DNA from: Vulcanimicrobiota bacterium
GTDB taxonomy: Bacteria > Vulcanimicrobiota > Vulcanimicrobiia > Vulcanimicrobiales > Vulcanimicrobiaceae
DNA length: 64,000 bases
Reading direction: 5' to 3'
Assembly (NCBI GenBank): GCA_963820825.1
Contig: CAWGBN010000009.1
Location: forward strand, 1 to 64,000
Shown: piece after piece, positions 9,542 to 23,453 of the stretch
Position numbering within the stretch: the first letter of the stretch is position 1
Layout: every line of letters begins with the position of its first letter
Notes under the pieces: model-generated
Database searches by the model: none
The model's input: only the letters and a program-made list of their open reading frames with translations
Told to the model about the DNA's origin: nothing
Position numbers and translations under genes: made by a program

Positions 9542-9784
9542 TTACTGCCGATAATGCTCGACGGTGTCTTCGCTGCGCAGATGTGCGATGGTAGGATCCT
9601 GACCGGCGTCGCGGCGCGCTCGCCGCTGACGTAAGAGATCCCAGTACTGGTCGAGGCGCACGGAGATCGCCTCGAGGCGGTCGCGGTCGTCGGCAGTCAT
9701 GCCGCCTGCCTCGCCGTGCTCGAGCAGACGATGCTCTTCGTCAACGAGACTCTCGATGTGATCCTTGATCTGCTCGTCGTTCAT
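9542..9784 (-). CDS. DUF2630 family protein
   Basis: LDQYWDLLRQRRARRDAGQDP...VEHY signature. Confidence 0.8.
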   Translation of the reverse strand: MNDEQIKDHIESLVDEEHRLLEHGEAGGMTADDRDRLEAISVRLDQYWDLLRQRRARRDAGQDPTIAHLRSEDTVEHYRQ

Positions 9785-10752
9785 GAACGAAATCCCCTCC
9801 GCATACCCGAAGCTGCTCGCACCGGTTGCGCCGGTCCTCCCGCCTCGTCGCGTTCCTGCAAGAGAATGCCGAGCAGCAAGTCGTTGGTGGTGGCAACGGC
9901 TTGGTCGCGACCAAACATCTCAAGCGCTTCGTCGAGCACGATGATTCCGGCCGGCAGAATATCCGCGCGTTGCGGCCGCATGCCGACGACGCGCTTGCGC
10001 TCGTCGACCGTCATCGGCAAAATCCGTTCGAGCGTGCGCTGCAGATCGGCCCGCGACAGCGGATACGACTCGACCGGCACCGGACGTCCCCGCACGATCG
10101 CCGCGGTCGTCGTGGCGGTTCCGCCGACGAAAGCGAGGCGTTCGACATCGCCGCACTCGCGCAGCGGCGCAAGTGCTTCACGAGCGAATACTCTTGCGCG
10201 GGCAACGGCATCGCCGGCAGTTCCGTCGCGACCGGCGAGCTCGGGTATCGCCTCGGTCAGACGCACCGCGCCGACTTCGCACGACGCGACCTTGTCCGGC
10301 GCGGCCGACGCTCCGGCTGCGAACTCGGTGCTCCCGCCGCCGAGATCGAGCACGCCGACGCGTTCGCCGCGCAGCGTTCCGAGCGCGGTCAAGCCGCCGC
10401 GATACGAAGCGACGGCTTCTTCTTCACCGGTGATGACGCGCAGCGGTACGCCGAGTAGCGCGCGCACTTGCTCCGCAAACTCCAGGCCGTTCTCGGCGCG
10501 CCGCAGCGCGCTGGTCGCTACGGCGAAGAGGCGCACGTAGTGCCCGCGGATCGCGCGAACGTATTGGGCGATCGCGTCGAGCGTTCGCTGCATCGGCTCG
10601 TCGCCGAGCCGGCCGCGCTCGCCGAGCGCCTCGCCGATGCGCGTTCCGGTCGAGCGTGCAAGCTCGACGCGCGGCTCTTCGGGCGCCATGTCGGCGAGCA
10701 GCAATCGCGTCGAGTTCGTTCCGATCGATACGATCGCGTATCGCTTGCTCAA
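9781..10752 (-). CDS. ppx: Ppx/GppA family exopolyphosphatase
   Basis: SIGTNSTRLL, ATSALRRAEN, DLGGGSTE, RADILPAG. Confidence 0.9.
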   Translation of the reverse strand: MSKRYAIVSIGTNSTRLLLADMAPEEPRVELARSTGTRIGEALGERGRLGDEPMQRTLDAIAQYVRAIRGHYVRLFAVATSALRRAENGLEFAEQVRALLGVPLRVITGEEEAVASYRGGLTALGTLRGERVGVLDLGGGSTEFAAGASAAPDKVASCEVGAVRLTEAIPELAGRDGTAGDAVARARVFAREALAPLRECGDVERLAFVGGTATTTAAIVRGRPVPVESYPLSRADLQRTLERILPMTVDERKRVVGMRPQRADILPAGIIVLDEALEMFGRDQAVATTNDLLLGILLQERDEAGGPAQPVRAASGMRRGFRS

Positions 10753-11102
10753 CCGCGCTTCGATTCAAAGAGCGCGGCGCGGCGTTTCTTGCGCAAGAAA
10801 TGGCGCTCGGCGGCGGGAAGGCCGTCGGCGGGTTCCCACTCCTCGGTGCTCTTCAGATACGAGGCGATCTGCTCTTCGAAGGCGTCGTCGCGCAACTGCG
10901 GCGCGAGCGAGACGGCGCGCCGGCGTCCGTTCTGCCGAACCTCGAAATCGAGACGTTTGCGCCGCACGAGCGAGCGCTGGTACTGATCGCGATGAAGTTC
11001 AACGTCCGATGCGCTCGCGCTCGCCAGATCACCATCATCGAGCCGCACCGTCGCCCCGTAGGCGTTGAGGTTGATCACGATGCCGCCGGAGGTCCCGCTC
11101 AC
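10749..11102 (-). CDS. S1-like RNA-binding protein (YabR-like)
   Basis: NAYGATVRL...FEEQIASYLKSTEE; lies between ftsB and ppx as in Firmicutes. Confidence 0.55.
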   Translation of the reverse strand: MSGTSGGIVINLNAYGATVRLDDGDLASASASDVELHRDQYQRSLVRRKRLDFEVRQNGRRRAVSLAPQLRDDAFEEQIASYLKSTEEWEPADGLPAAERHFLRKKRRAALFESKRG

Positions 11103-11428
11103 GGAGACGACGGCTTACCGTCCAATGCGGGTTGCGGCGAGACGAAGATCAAGGCTTCGTTCGGCCGCACCAGCCGCAAGCGATCGTGTATCTCCGGAAT
11201 AGCGCCTTCAGGATCCCGTAGGCGGCGCAGCTCGCTGCGCTGCTCGTCGCGGCGATGCTTGAGCGACGCAATGTCGGATCGGAGGGTGGAGAGCTCGTGT
11301 GCGGTCGCCAGATTCTCGCCGATCGCCCGGGCAAACTGGATCCCGACCAGCGTCACGACGAGGACCGCGAGTGCCGTCGCCACGATGCGCCCGGCGAGAC
11401 GAAGGGCCGGCCGCGCGCGGCGCGCCAC
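11099..11428 (-). CDS. ftsB: Septum formation initiator FtsB/DivIC
   Basis: One TM helix, coiled coil, LRLVRPNEALIFV end; GTG start overlaps the accA TAG. Confidence 0.75.
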   Translation of the reverse strand: MARRARPALRLAGRIVATALAVLVVTLVGIQFARAIGENLATAHELSTLRSDIASLKHRRDEQRSELRRLRDPEGAIPEIHDRLRLVRPNEALIFVSPQPALDGKPSSP

Positions 11429-12412
11429 TACGCCTTTGCGCTTGGCGCTAGTGCCTCGGACTGCCATTCTCCCAATCGACGGTACTTCGCGGTACCGCTC
11501 CTCCATGAGTTGCTCTGCGGAAAGCGCGGCGAGCCGCGTCAACGTGCGATCGATTGCGTCCAGCGTGCGCCTCACCACGTCTTCGGCGTTGCGGTGCGCA
11601 CCGCCGAGCGGCTCCGAGATGATCTCGTCAACGACACCGAAACGGTGCAAGTCATCTGCCGTTAACTTCAACCGGGCCGCGGCTTCTTCCGCTTTTCCGG
11701 CGTCCGACCAGAGAATCGCCGCGCATCCTTCGGGCGAGGCAACCGAATACGTACTATGCTCGAGCATCAACACGTGGTCGGCGATGGCGAGGGCCAGCGC
11801 GCCGCCCGAGCCACCTTCGCCGATCACACTAGCGACGATCGGGACGCGCGCGGTCGTGAAGCTCTGCAGGCACGTCGCGATCGCCTCGGATTGCGCGTGC
11901 TCTTCTGAGCTGATTCCGGGGTCGGCTCCCTTGGTGTCGACGAAGGTCACGATCGGTAAGTGCAGCCGCGCGGCGAGGCGCGCGAGCCGGCTGGTCTTGC
12001 GGTACCCCTCGGGCGCCGGCATGCCGAAGTTCCGGCGCAGGTTCTCCTTAGTGTCGCGACCGCGCTGCTGACCGATCACCATGACCGGCCGCGCGCGCAA
12101 CAAGGCGAAGCCGCCGACGATCGAGGGATCGTCGCGGTAGTGACGATCGCCGTGCAGCTCGTCGAAGCGATCGAAGCGCGAGATATAGTCGAGCGAAGTC
12201 GGGCGGCCGGGATGGCGCGCCATATGGACCTTCTCCCACGGCGAGAGCCGGCCGAAGAGCTCGCGGAGAATCTGCTGATACTTCTCCTCGAGCGCGGCGA
12301 TCTCGATCGACATGTCGAGCGGCTGCGAGGCCGACGCTTGACGAAGCTCGGCGATACGCCGCTCGAGCTCGACCAGGCTCTTCTCCCGCTCGACGATGAC
12401 GTTGTTGCTCAT
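11428..12412 (-). CDS. accA: Acetyl-CoA carboxylase carboxyltransferase alpha
   Basis: ARHPGRP, NFGMPAPEGYRK, GEGGSGGALA. Confidence 0.95.
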
Positions 12413-13270
12413 TATCCTTCGCCCCTCGACTCCGCCCGGGGTGACACGTACTCGAGCAATCGCACGAGCGTCTCCTTGAGTTTGCGGCGGTCGACGACCA
12501 TATCGATCGCGCCCTTCTCCAGTAAGAACTCGGCCGTCTGGAACTGATCGGGCAAGCGCTGCCGGATCGTCTGCTCGATCACGCGGCGTCCGGCGAAACC
12601 GATCATTGCCTTCGATTCGGCGACGATGACGTCGGCTTGAAATGCGAACGATGCTGCGACGCCGCCGGTGGTCGGGTCGGTCAGAACGGTGACGAAGAAG
12701 TTTCCCTCGTCCATAAATCGCGCTACCGCGGCGGTCGTCTTCGCCATCTGCATCAGCGCCAGCATGCCCTCTTCCATGCGCGCGCCACCCGATGCCGAGA
12801 AGATCACGCAGGGCACCTTTCGCCGCCGCGCTTCTTCGAAGAGCATCGTTATACGCTCGCCGGTGACTCGCCCCATCGTGCCGCCGCGGAAGTGGAAGTC
12901 CATCACACCCAGCGCAACCGGAAATCCGCCGATCGTGGCAAAGCCGCAGACGACCGATTCCGAAAGGCCGCTCCGCTCGCTATCCGATTTCAGCTTTGCC
13001 GGGTAGGTCTTCTTGTCGGACCATCCGAGCGGATCGTTCGGCGACGACCTCCTGACCGATCTCGCTGAAATCTCCGTCGGCGATCGACGCGATTCGGTCG
13101 TACGCGTTCATGCGGAAGTGATATCCGCATCGTGTGCAGACGTCGAGGTTCGCCGCGAGATCGCGCCGATACAGGACCTCGCCGCACTTGGGACACTTGC
13201 TCCACAACGCGGCATCGTTGGACGGCGCTTCTTTGGATCTGCGGGTGGGACGCCATTCGGGCATCGGCAT
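12412..13270 (-). CDS. accD: Acetyl-CoA carboxylase carboxyltransferase beta (frameshifted in read)
   Basis: WSKCPKC Zn finger, SGGARMEEG, PTTGGVAASFA, FQTAEFLLEKG. Confidence 0.93.
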
Positions 13271-13281
13271 CTTTGCGATCC

Positions 13282-14010
13282 TTACGCTTTCCGCGGCTTG
13301 GCCGGTTGCGGCACGAGCATCGCGGCATAGAGCCGCCCGAGCTGCTTGAGGTAGTTGAAGATCTCGCGCTGATTGAGCTTCGATTCGCCCGCGACCCGGT
13401 CGGTGAAGACGTACGGAACCTCGATCGCCTTACCATATCGTGCCTTTGCGATAACCTCGAGGCCGATCTTGAATCCGATCGGATCGAGCTCGACTCCGTC
13501 GAGCGCCTCGCGCCGAACGAGGAAGTAGCCGCTGGTCACATCCTTGACGCGCGTCAGCGGGCGCGCGAGCCAACAGGCCACGCGCGAGGTAATCGACGCG
13601 GCGCGCCGGCCAGTTTTCAATGCCGCCGCCGGGCACGTATCGGCTTCCGACCGCCAAGCCGTACTCGCCCGACTCGAGCGCCGCCACCATCTGCGGCAGC
13701 GCGCTCACGTCGTGGCTGAAATCGGCATCCATTGCGCCGAGCGCCACCGACTCGGGTCGCGCCATCTTCCATCCTTCGATGACTGCGCTCGAGAGACCGA
13801 GCTTCCCGGAGCGATGCAGACAGCGACCGGTAAGCGGTTCGCAAGCTCGTCGACGATCGCGCCGGTGCCGTCGGGAGAGTTGTCGTCAACGACGATGATC
13901 TCGCCGTCGAGCGAGTTCGCGCGAAACGTCGAGTCGAGCGCGGCGAGCAGCTTTCCAATGCCGGCGGCCTCGTTATACGTGGGGATGACGATCGAAAACG
14001 GGAGAGGCAT
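13282..14010 (-). CDS. Polyprenol monophosphomannose synthase, GT2 (frameshifted)
   Basis: SIVIPTYNE, VDDNSPDGT, MDADFSH, GSRYVPGG, DRVAGESKL. Confidence 0.85.
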
Positions 14011-14024
14011 GCGAATCGCTGCTT

Positions 14025-14759
14025 CTACGACGCCAGGGCGCCTATCACCGCCAGGACCGCGATTGCTGCCGTATCCGTCCGCAGAATCCGTGGCCCCAGC
14101 GAGATCGACGTCGCGCCGCGTTGCTCGGCCAAATCGGCCTCGGCATGCGTGAATCCGCCTTCGGGGCCGACCACGACGAGCACGTTTCCCGTCGCCGGAA
14201 GCACCTCGAGCAGCTGTTGATAGAGCGGAACGCGCGCGGCGAGCTCCCAGGCAAAGAGCACGGCCTGGTACGCGGAAAACTGCGCGAGCAGCGCGTCGAA
14301 CGCAACCGGCCGGCAGATCTCCGGAACGTCGATTCTCCCGCTCTGCTGCGCGGAGCTTCGGGCTAGACGCCGCCACCGCTCGAGCTTCTCCGCGCCGACC
14401 GAACGTGCGACGCTGCGCTCGCAATAAAATGGAAGAAACGCGCCCGCGCCGAGCTCGGTCGCCTTTTCGATCACCAGCTCCATGCGCCGTCCCTTCGGCA
14501 CTGCCTGAGCGACGTCGCATCGTACCATCCGGCTCGCGCCGGCGCGATCGACCGCGCCGAGCAGCTTGGCGCGAACGATCGGTCCTCCTTCGTCGATGGC
14601 CGCCTCAAAGGCGGTCGCAGCAGAGTCGACGATCTCGATGCGGTCGCCCCTCTGCAAGCGAAGGACGCGCGTGATCTTGTGCGCGTCGCTTCCATCGATC
14701 TCGACGACGCTGCCGACCCGCTGCGTTCCCTCGACGAAGAATCGCCGAGCGCCGCTCAC
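14025..14759 (-). CDS. rsmE: 16S rRNA m3U1498 methyltransferase
   Basis: EKATELG, VGPEGGF, LGPRILRTDTA. Confidence 0.95.
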   Translation of the reverse strand: MSGARRFFVEGTQRVGSVVEIDGSDAHKITRVLRLQRGDRIEIVDSAATAFEAAIDEGGPIVRAKLLGAVDRAGASRMVRCDVAQAVPKGRRMELVIEKATELGAGAFLPFYCERSVARSVGAEKLERWRRLARSSAQQSGRIDVPEICRPVAFDALLAQFSAYQAVLFAWELAARVPLYQQLLEVLPATGNVLVVVGPEGGFTHAEADLAEQRGATSISLGPRILRTDTAAIAVLAVIGALAS

Positions 14760-14766
14760 TCCGCGA

Positions 14767-15890
14767 TCACTCAGGCCGGAACGCGTCCTTTACGCGTTCG
14801 AAAAACGTGCGCTCTTCGACGAGGTCGCCACCGGCCAGCGCATACTCTTCGAGGAGCTCGCGCTGCCGCTTGTTCAGTTTCGTCGGAACGATGACGTTCA
14901 CGGTGACGTGATGGTCGCCGCGCTGAGAACCGCGTACGCTCGGCATGCCGTATCCGCGCAGGCGCAGCGTCGTTCCCGATTGCGTTCCCGCCGGAAGCGT
15001 CATCTCGACCTCACCGCCCAGCGAGGGAACCTCGATCGTCGCGCCGAGCGCGGCCTCGGTAAAACTCACCGGGACGCTGACGAACGTGTCGCGTCCGTCG
15101 CGCGTAAAGATCCGATGCGGCGAGATCGTGAGATAGACGTAGAGATCTCCCGGCGGGCCGCCGCGCGAGCCGCCTTCGCCGTTGCCGGCGATGCGGATGC
15201 GCGAACCGTCGTCGACGCCGGGCGGCACGGTAACGGTCAACCGCGTCTCGGATTCGGCGCGTCCGCGGCCGCCGCACGATTCGCACGGCTGCGCGATGAC
15301 GTGGCCTTCGCCGCCGCAGCGCGGACAGGCCGTCTGCGTCACGATTTGCCCGAGCGGCGTCTGCCGAACGCTGCGCACGCATTCCACTTCCGCCGCAGCG
15401 GTCGCACGGAAGAACCATCGTCCCCGGCCGCGCGCCGCTTCCGTTGCACGTCGCACACGACGCGAGCCGATCGAAGACGATCTCGCGCGTCGCTCCGCCG
15501 AACGCCTCTTCCAGCGTGATCTCAACGTCGTAGCGAAGATCTGATCCGCGCTCTGGCCCGGCTCGGCGCGCCTGCGCCGCACCGCGGACGTTGCCGAAGA
15601 ACATATCGAAGATGTCGCCGAAGCCACCCGGCGCCAAATCCGAAATCTCCCTGCCCGGCCGACGCGCCGTTTCCGACGAGACCGAAGCGATCGTACTGCT
15701 CGCGCTTGCGCGGATCGGAGAGCACCTCGTAGGCTTCGTTGATCTCTTTGAAGCGATGCTCGGCCTTCGACTTGTCGCGAGCGACGTCGGGGTGGTGCTC
15801 CCGCGCCAACGCGCGATAGGCTCGCTTGATCGCATCCCCCGAGGCGTCGCGTCCGACGCCGAGGATTTCGTAGTAATCCCTCGTGGGCAT
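14767..15890 (-). CDS. dnaJ: Chaperone DnaJ (frameshifted)
   Basis: J-domain HPD, CxxCxGxG repeats, GDLYV. Confidence 0.93.
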
Positions 15891-15906
15891 TAGTCGCCTA
15901 TAACGT

Positions 15907-16956
15907 CTACGCGCTTGGTATGTCTTCTGAGAGACGTTGGCTCAAAGTCGCCGCCGTGCCGGATGCCAGCGCGAGCAGACGCGCGTACGGCATGCGGCGC
16001 GGACCGAGAATCGAGAGCATTCCCAGCGCCTGCGAACCGAAACGATACGGAACCGTCACGACCGAAAGATCGGCCAGCTCGTCGCTGCCGAGCTCGTGTC
16101 CGATCTTGACGCTCGCCGTCTCGGCGTTCATCGCATCGGCGACGATCTGATAGAGAGTCTTCTGCTCTTCGACGATGCGCAGAATCGAACGCAGCTTGCG
16201 CAGGTCCTGAAACTCCGGCTGATCGAGCAGATTCTGCGCGCCGGCCGCGGCGATCGTCGGCTGTTCGCTCGAGCGCGCCGATGCGGCGGCCGCCACCACC
16301 GCGCTGCGAAGATCTTCGGAAACGCCGGTCTCCTGCGCGGCAGCGCCGATCTCGTTCTCGGTAAAGTCGCGCAGCGGCCGATTCGCGAACCGTGCGTTGA
16401 GTGCGTTGGAGAAGCGCGTGAGATCGTCGGGGCGCACCTCGGCGCCGAGTTCGAAGAGGCTCTGCGCCGCGACTCCGAGCGAGGTCACGACGATCGCGAC
16501 GCCGGTGTGCGGCGAGAGCCAGATGAGCTGAATGTGCTTGAAGAGCTGCGCCTCTTGCTGGGGCATCGTGACGAAGGCCAAATTGTTCGAAAGCCGCCCG
16601 AGCAGCCGCGTCGTGTGGTCGATGATCTCGTCGAGCTCGCGCGCCGCGTCGCCGAGCTCGTCGCGAATACGGCGCCGCTCGTCATCGTTCAGCTCCTCGG
16701 GCTGCATCAAGCGGTCGACGTAGGTCCGATAGCCGGCGTCTGAGGGAACGCGTCCCGCCGAGGTATGCGGCTGGATAAGGTAGCCGCTCGCCTCGAGCTC
16801 GGCCATCTCGTTGCGGACCGTCGCCGAGCTGATCCCGAGGTTGTACTTTTGGGTGAGCGCCTGGGAGCCGACCGGCTCCGCCGTGGCGATATACTCGTAG
16901 ACTACCGTCGCGAGGATATACGCCTTGCGCTTACCGAGGTCGCCGCTCTCTATCAC
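15907..16956 (-). CDS. hrcA: Heat-inducible transcription repressor
   Basis: [37 protein letters not shown]. Confidence 0.96.
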   Translation of the reverse strand: MIESGDLGKRKAYILATVVYEYIATAEPVGSQALTQKYNLGISSATVRNEMAELEASGYLIQPHTSAGRVPSDAGYRTYVDRLMQPEELNDDERRRIRDELGDAARELDEIIDHTTRLLGRLSNNLAFVTMPQQEAQLFKHIQLIWLSPHTGVAIVVTSLGVAAQSLFELGAEVRPDDLTRFSNALNARFANRPLRDFTENEIGAAAQETGVSEDLRSAVVAAAASARSSEQPTIAAAGAQNLLDQPEFQDLRKLRSILRIVEEQKTLYQIVADAMNAETASVKIGHELGSDELADLSVVTVPYRFGSQALGMLSILGPRRMPYARLLALASGTAATLSQRLSEDIPSA

Positions 16957-16966
16957 GCCCTCTACT

Positions 16967-16993
16967 GTAGCACTCCGGCCCCGGGAGTGCTAG
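16967..16993. promoter_or_regulatory. CIRCE element (HrcA operator)
   Basis: TAGCACTC-N9-GAGTGCTA just upstream of hrcA. Confidence 0.92.
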
Positions 16994-17474
16994 CCGAAGA
17001 GTCCGCGAGCGCTTGCTCGATTGCTTTGGAGAGTTCGCTCCCAGGTCAGGCCTCCGACCGAAACGTAGGAGACGTCGCCGGAGGGATCGAGCACCAGCGT
17101 CACCGGGATCGCCGAGACCGAGTAGATCGCAAAGACCGACCCCTGGATGTCTTCCACCAGGGGCAGGGTGATGTTCGAGAGGCGCAGGTACGTTGGCGGC
17201 GACGTCGTGCGGTTCGTTCGATATGGTGACGACCGCGACGCGATCGCCGATAGGTCTCGCGCGCGCGCACGAAGTCGTGCAACTCGGCCGTGCAGACGTG
17301 ACACCAGCGTCGCCCAAAAATCAATGACGACGATTCTGCCGCGCAGATCGGAGAGATGAGCGCGCTCCGTGCGCGCGTCGGAATGACAAAGTTCGGCGCC
17401 GGTGCGTCAAATCGAATCGTGGTGAGCCCGGTTGCGAGCGCAGTGAGCGCCGCGAGAACGAGTGCGGTCAACAT
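16990..17474 (-). CDS. TlpA/ResA-like thioredoxin (frameshifted)
   Basis: APNF, WCHVC, IPVTLVLDPSG; N-terminal signal. Confidence 0.7.
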
Positions 17475-17535
17475 CGACGAAGCGTAGCGCGTCCTTCGGC
17501 AGGCATGCCGAGTCCGCCTCGGTAACGTCGCGCCT

Positions 17536-19502
<1,967 letters not shown>

Positions 19503-19619
19503 GTTCATCCGCCCGGACTCAGGCGTTCCACTTGCAAGGACCAATGGGCGTTTGCACTCTGTGCTCCAGCTTCGCTCGCCCCAGGCTTCAATGCGCAAAC
19601 GCGTCGAACGCTCCATCGC

Positions 19620-20176
19620 ATGATGCCCGCGTCCGGAGGCGACGAGGCGCTCGCGGCCGGATTTGCGGCCCACGAGCGCGGGCGTTTTCCGAGGCCTATC
19701 GCCGCTACTCCGGGCTGCTCTACTCGGCCGCGTACAACGTGCTCGGCAACACCGACGAGGCCGCAAGATTGCGTTCACGATGCACTCGCGCGGCTGTGGC
19801 GAACGCCGCGGCGCCTTCTGCGACGCGAGCGCGGCTCGCTGCGCGCTTTCTCGTCGTCTGCGTCCGCAACGAAGCGATCTCGCGCCGGCGCCGTAAAGAG
19901 CGCGACCTGCGCCTGGCGCGACAGCTCGCCGCCTTTCCCGAAGAGCACGAAGAGCTCCACGTTCGCGATCCGATCGAACGCGATCGCGTACGCCACGCGC
20001 TCGAAGACGCTTCCGGTCGATCAGCGCCGCGCGCTCGAACTGGCCTATTACGGCGGCAAGACGCACACCGAGATCGCCGCCGAGCTCGACGAACCGCTCG
20101 GCACGATCAAGAGCCGCATCAAACTCGGACTTGCGCAAGGTCGCGGCAACGTTGACGGCATCCGCTGCCGGAGTGA
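19620..20176 (+). CDS. ECF sigma factor (frameshifted)
   Basis: [28 protein letters not shown]. Confidence 0.85.
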
Positions 20177-20879
20177 TGGGCGATGAGACGGCGCGCACGT
20201 CGACGAGTTGGCGCGCGCTTTACGCGCTGGGCCTGCTCGACGCCGACGAAACGCGCAGCGGCTCGAAGCGCATCTTCGCGTCGTGCCCGCGCTGCGCCGA
20301 GTTCGGTCGGCCGCGCCGAAGCCGACGTCGCCGGGCTCGCCGCTGCCGAGACGCAGCGCACCTGCGCCGCCGGAGTTGGAGCTCGCATCGAACGGACGCT
20401 GCGTCGCGACGACGCGCGAGTCGACGCGCGACCGGCCAAGCGCATCGTCCCTCGGTGCGGTTTCTCGCTCGCTGCGCTCGCGGCCGCGTTCGTGCTCGGC
20501 ATATTGCCGGCAGTCTACTTCTGGCAGGCAGAATCGCTCGCATGCAAAACGCGCTGCGTCGCCGACAGAGCGCGCGATGAACCGGCTCGCCGAAGCGCCG
20601 CATCGCGTCGCGACGTTTCTTCGCCGCAAGGCAACGGCATGGCGCCAAGGTGATGTATCGGCACCGACGGCTCGTGGTATGTCGTGATGGTTCCGCGAAG
20701 CCGACGAAGCCGATGCAGCGTCGCCTGGATGCACGACGGTCAACAGACGATGCTCGGCGACGCCGATGCCCCACGGGAAGATGGCGATGCTCTATCTGCC
20801 GCGCAGCCATCGCATGGACCGCCTCGCGCTCATGGACGGCGAGACGGTCGTCGCCGAGGCGCAGCTCTCGTACCAGTAA
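20176..20879 (+). CDS. Anti-sigma factor (RskA-like, frameshifted)
   Basis: LYALGLLD N-terminus, CxxC, TM segment; coupled to the sigma gene. Confidence 0.6.
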
Positions 20880-20885
20880 GACCGT

Positions 20886-22804
20886 TTACTCCGGCGTGGC
20901 GAAGAACTGCACCGAGATCGTCGAGGTGCTCGATCGCGCGTCGCCGGCGGCAGCGCGGATAGAATCGTCGCACCGTAGCGCGTCGAGCGGCGCGGCCGTC
21001 GAGCAGTGCCACCAGACCGCGATCCTTGCCGCTACGAATCAGTCTGCCCGAAACCTTGTTTGAGACGCACCGTTGCCGCCGGAATCATGTAGTGCTCGAA
21101 GCCGTCGAGACCGCGGGCTTCGAGCGCGCGCACGCGCGCCATCACCAGCGGATCGCTCGGCGACGGAAAGGGCAGCCGGTCGATGATGACGCACGAGAGC
21201 GCATCGCCGACGACGTCGATGCCCTCCCAAAACGTGCTCGTTGCGAAGAGCACGGCGCCCGGCGTGCGCCGGAACCAATCCAAGCAGATACGAACGTCGG
21301 CAGATCGCCTTGCATTCGCACCGGAAAGGCGAGGCGCTCGCGCACCAGTGCGTGCACTTCGCGCAGCCGCGCGTACGACGTGAAGAGCACGAAGGCGCGC
21401 CCGCCGCGTGCGGTCGAGACACTCTTCGACGAGCGGCGCGGCGCGCCGGGCGAAGTGCGATCGATTTCGGATTGACCTCGGCGGGCGCGATAAAGAGACG
21501 CGCCTGCCGAACGTAATCGAAGGGCGACGGCGCGACGAGCTCTTGCGCGTCGTCGACGCCCAGCGTCCGTCGCAAAAACTCGAAGGATCGGTCCGTCGCC
21601 AGCGTCGCGCTGGTCAGCACGACGCTGTGCGTTCGCGCAAAGAGCCGCTCGCGCAGAAATCCGGCGACCTCGTGCGGCGCGCAGTTCACGCAGTAACGGC
21701 CGTCGGCATCGCTGCGCTCGACCCAGGCGATGGCGTCGTCGGCACCGGCTCCGAAGCGTTCGATCGCGACTCGTGCGCCAGCACCGAACGCATCGCCAGA
21801 TCGCGCCGGCGTTCGGCTTCGGCCTCGTTATCGGCGCTGCGTTTGAGTCCGTCGAGCCAGTGCGCGAAGAGCCAGTTCTCCAAGCCGATAGAGGCATTGC
21901 GCGCAGCGCGTCGAGCGGCTCCCAAACTTCCTCGTTGGCAGCGAGCGGATAGCGCTCGGAGGGAACCTGCGCGAGACTCGATTCCGAGCCGCCGCATCGC
22001 CTCTTCGAAATCGGTTTCGAAGCGCGTGCGGCAGGTGGTAGTGGCGGCGCAGCTTGCGCAGCATGCGATCGATCGGTCGCGCGCGAGACCACCGCGGTGA
22101 GCGCGTCGGTCGCCCAGCGTTCGCACTGGTGCGCTTCGTCGAGCACGGCGACGTCGTACGGCGGCAGCAATCCGCCGCCCATCGCCAGATCGAGAAAGAA
22201 GAGCGCGTGATTGACGACGACGAGGTCGGCATACTTCGCTTCGTCGCGCTTTTTGAAGAAGAAACAATCGCGAAAGTGCGGGCAGATTTCGCCGGTGCAC
22301 TCGTCGGCGTCGGCATCGAGCTGCTCCCACTCGTCGCCGCGCGGCAAGAAACTGAGCTCGGCGCGATCGCCGCTCTGCGTTCGCTCGGCCCACTCCCAAA
22401 TCTGCTGCATCGAGCGCGACTGACGCGAGCGAGCCGGTCGGCGCGCATGCGTTCGAGCTTCTGGCGGCAGAGGTAGTGCGAGCGCCCTTTGAGCAGCGTG
22501 ACGCGCATCGGCCGGTCGAGCGCGTCGCTCGACCAACGGTATGTCCTTGCGCACCAGCTGCTCCTGCAGCGCGATCGTGCCCGTCGAAAGCACGACCTTC
22601 TTACCGCTGCGAATGGCAGGAACGAGATAGGCGAGCGATTTTCCGACGCCGGTGCCGGCTTCGACGATCGTGTGCATGCCTTCCAAGATGCCGCGCTCGA
22701 TGGCTTGCGCCATCTGCAGCTGTCCGGGACGTGGTTCGTATCCTTCCAGCGTCCGCGCGAACGGTCCGCTTGGAGCCGAAGATCTCCTCGAGGTTAACGG
22801 TCAC
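20886..22804 (-). CDS. DinG/YoaA-family ATP-dependent helicase (frameshifted)
   Basis: EAGTGVGKS, DEAH, LTSATL, FWEGID, IDRLPF, RLKQGFG. Confidence 0.9.
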
Positions 22805-23453
22805 CGGCCGGCGGTTCGTATTCGGCTTGCAGCTCGCGGCCCGCAGCGTCGACGACGACCGGCGCGACGCGTCGCGGCGGAACGTAGAGCGCGTAGGTCA
22901 ATACGAACCCGGCGACGAGTCCGGCGACGTGCGCCTGCCACGCAATCGCCGGCACGGTAAATGTGATGATCAAATTGATGACGAGAATGCCGATGTTGGC
23001 GCGCACCAGGTCCATGCCGGGCTTGCCGAGCTTGAGCCCGATGGCGAATAAAGCGCCGAACAGGCCGAAGATCGCGCCGCTCGCGCCGACCGTCGGCACC
23101 ATCGGGGCGCTCAAGTATACGACGGCCAATCCCGAGGCAATCAGCGAGAACATGTAGACGATCAGCATCCGCCACGAACCCATCGCCCACTCGATGAAGC
23201 GTCCGAGGAACCAGAGCGACATCATGTTGACGGCAATGTGAATCAAACCGCCGTGCAAGAACGCTCCGGTGATGATGCGCCACCATTGGCCGTACTGCAA
23301 GAACAAAGGCCGGAATAATCGCGCCCTTCAGCGAGAACGCGTTCCATCCCGGTGCTATCGCCGCCGAAGCCGGTGAGCAGAGCCGAGACCGCCGACGCTA
23401 ATCTCCCACAGATAACCGATGACGTTGAGGGCGATGAGAAAGCGCGTGATCAC
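22794..23453 (-). CDS. Rhomboid family intramembrane serine protease
   Basis: FLHGGLIHIAVNM, GASG, AHVAG. Confidence 0.9.

Noticed and set aside
9189..9554. Repeat array as CRISPR, or plus-strand repeat ORFs
   Set aside because: There are no unique spacers; the repeats are codon-multiple units of the minus-strand coiled-coil gene.
11099..12412. Apparent AccA-FtsB fusion ORF
   Set aside because: A frame change near the accA end restores ...EWQSEALAPSAKA* with TAG overlapping a GTG start at 11428; most likely an indel artefact.
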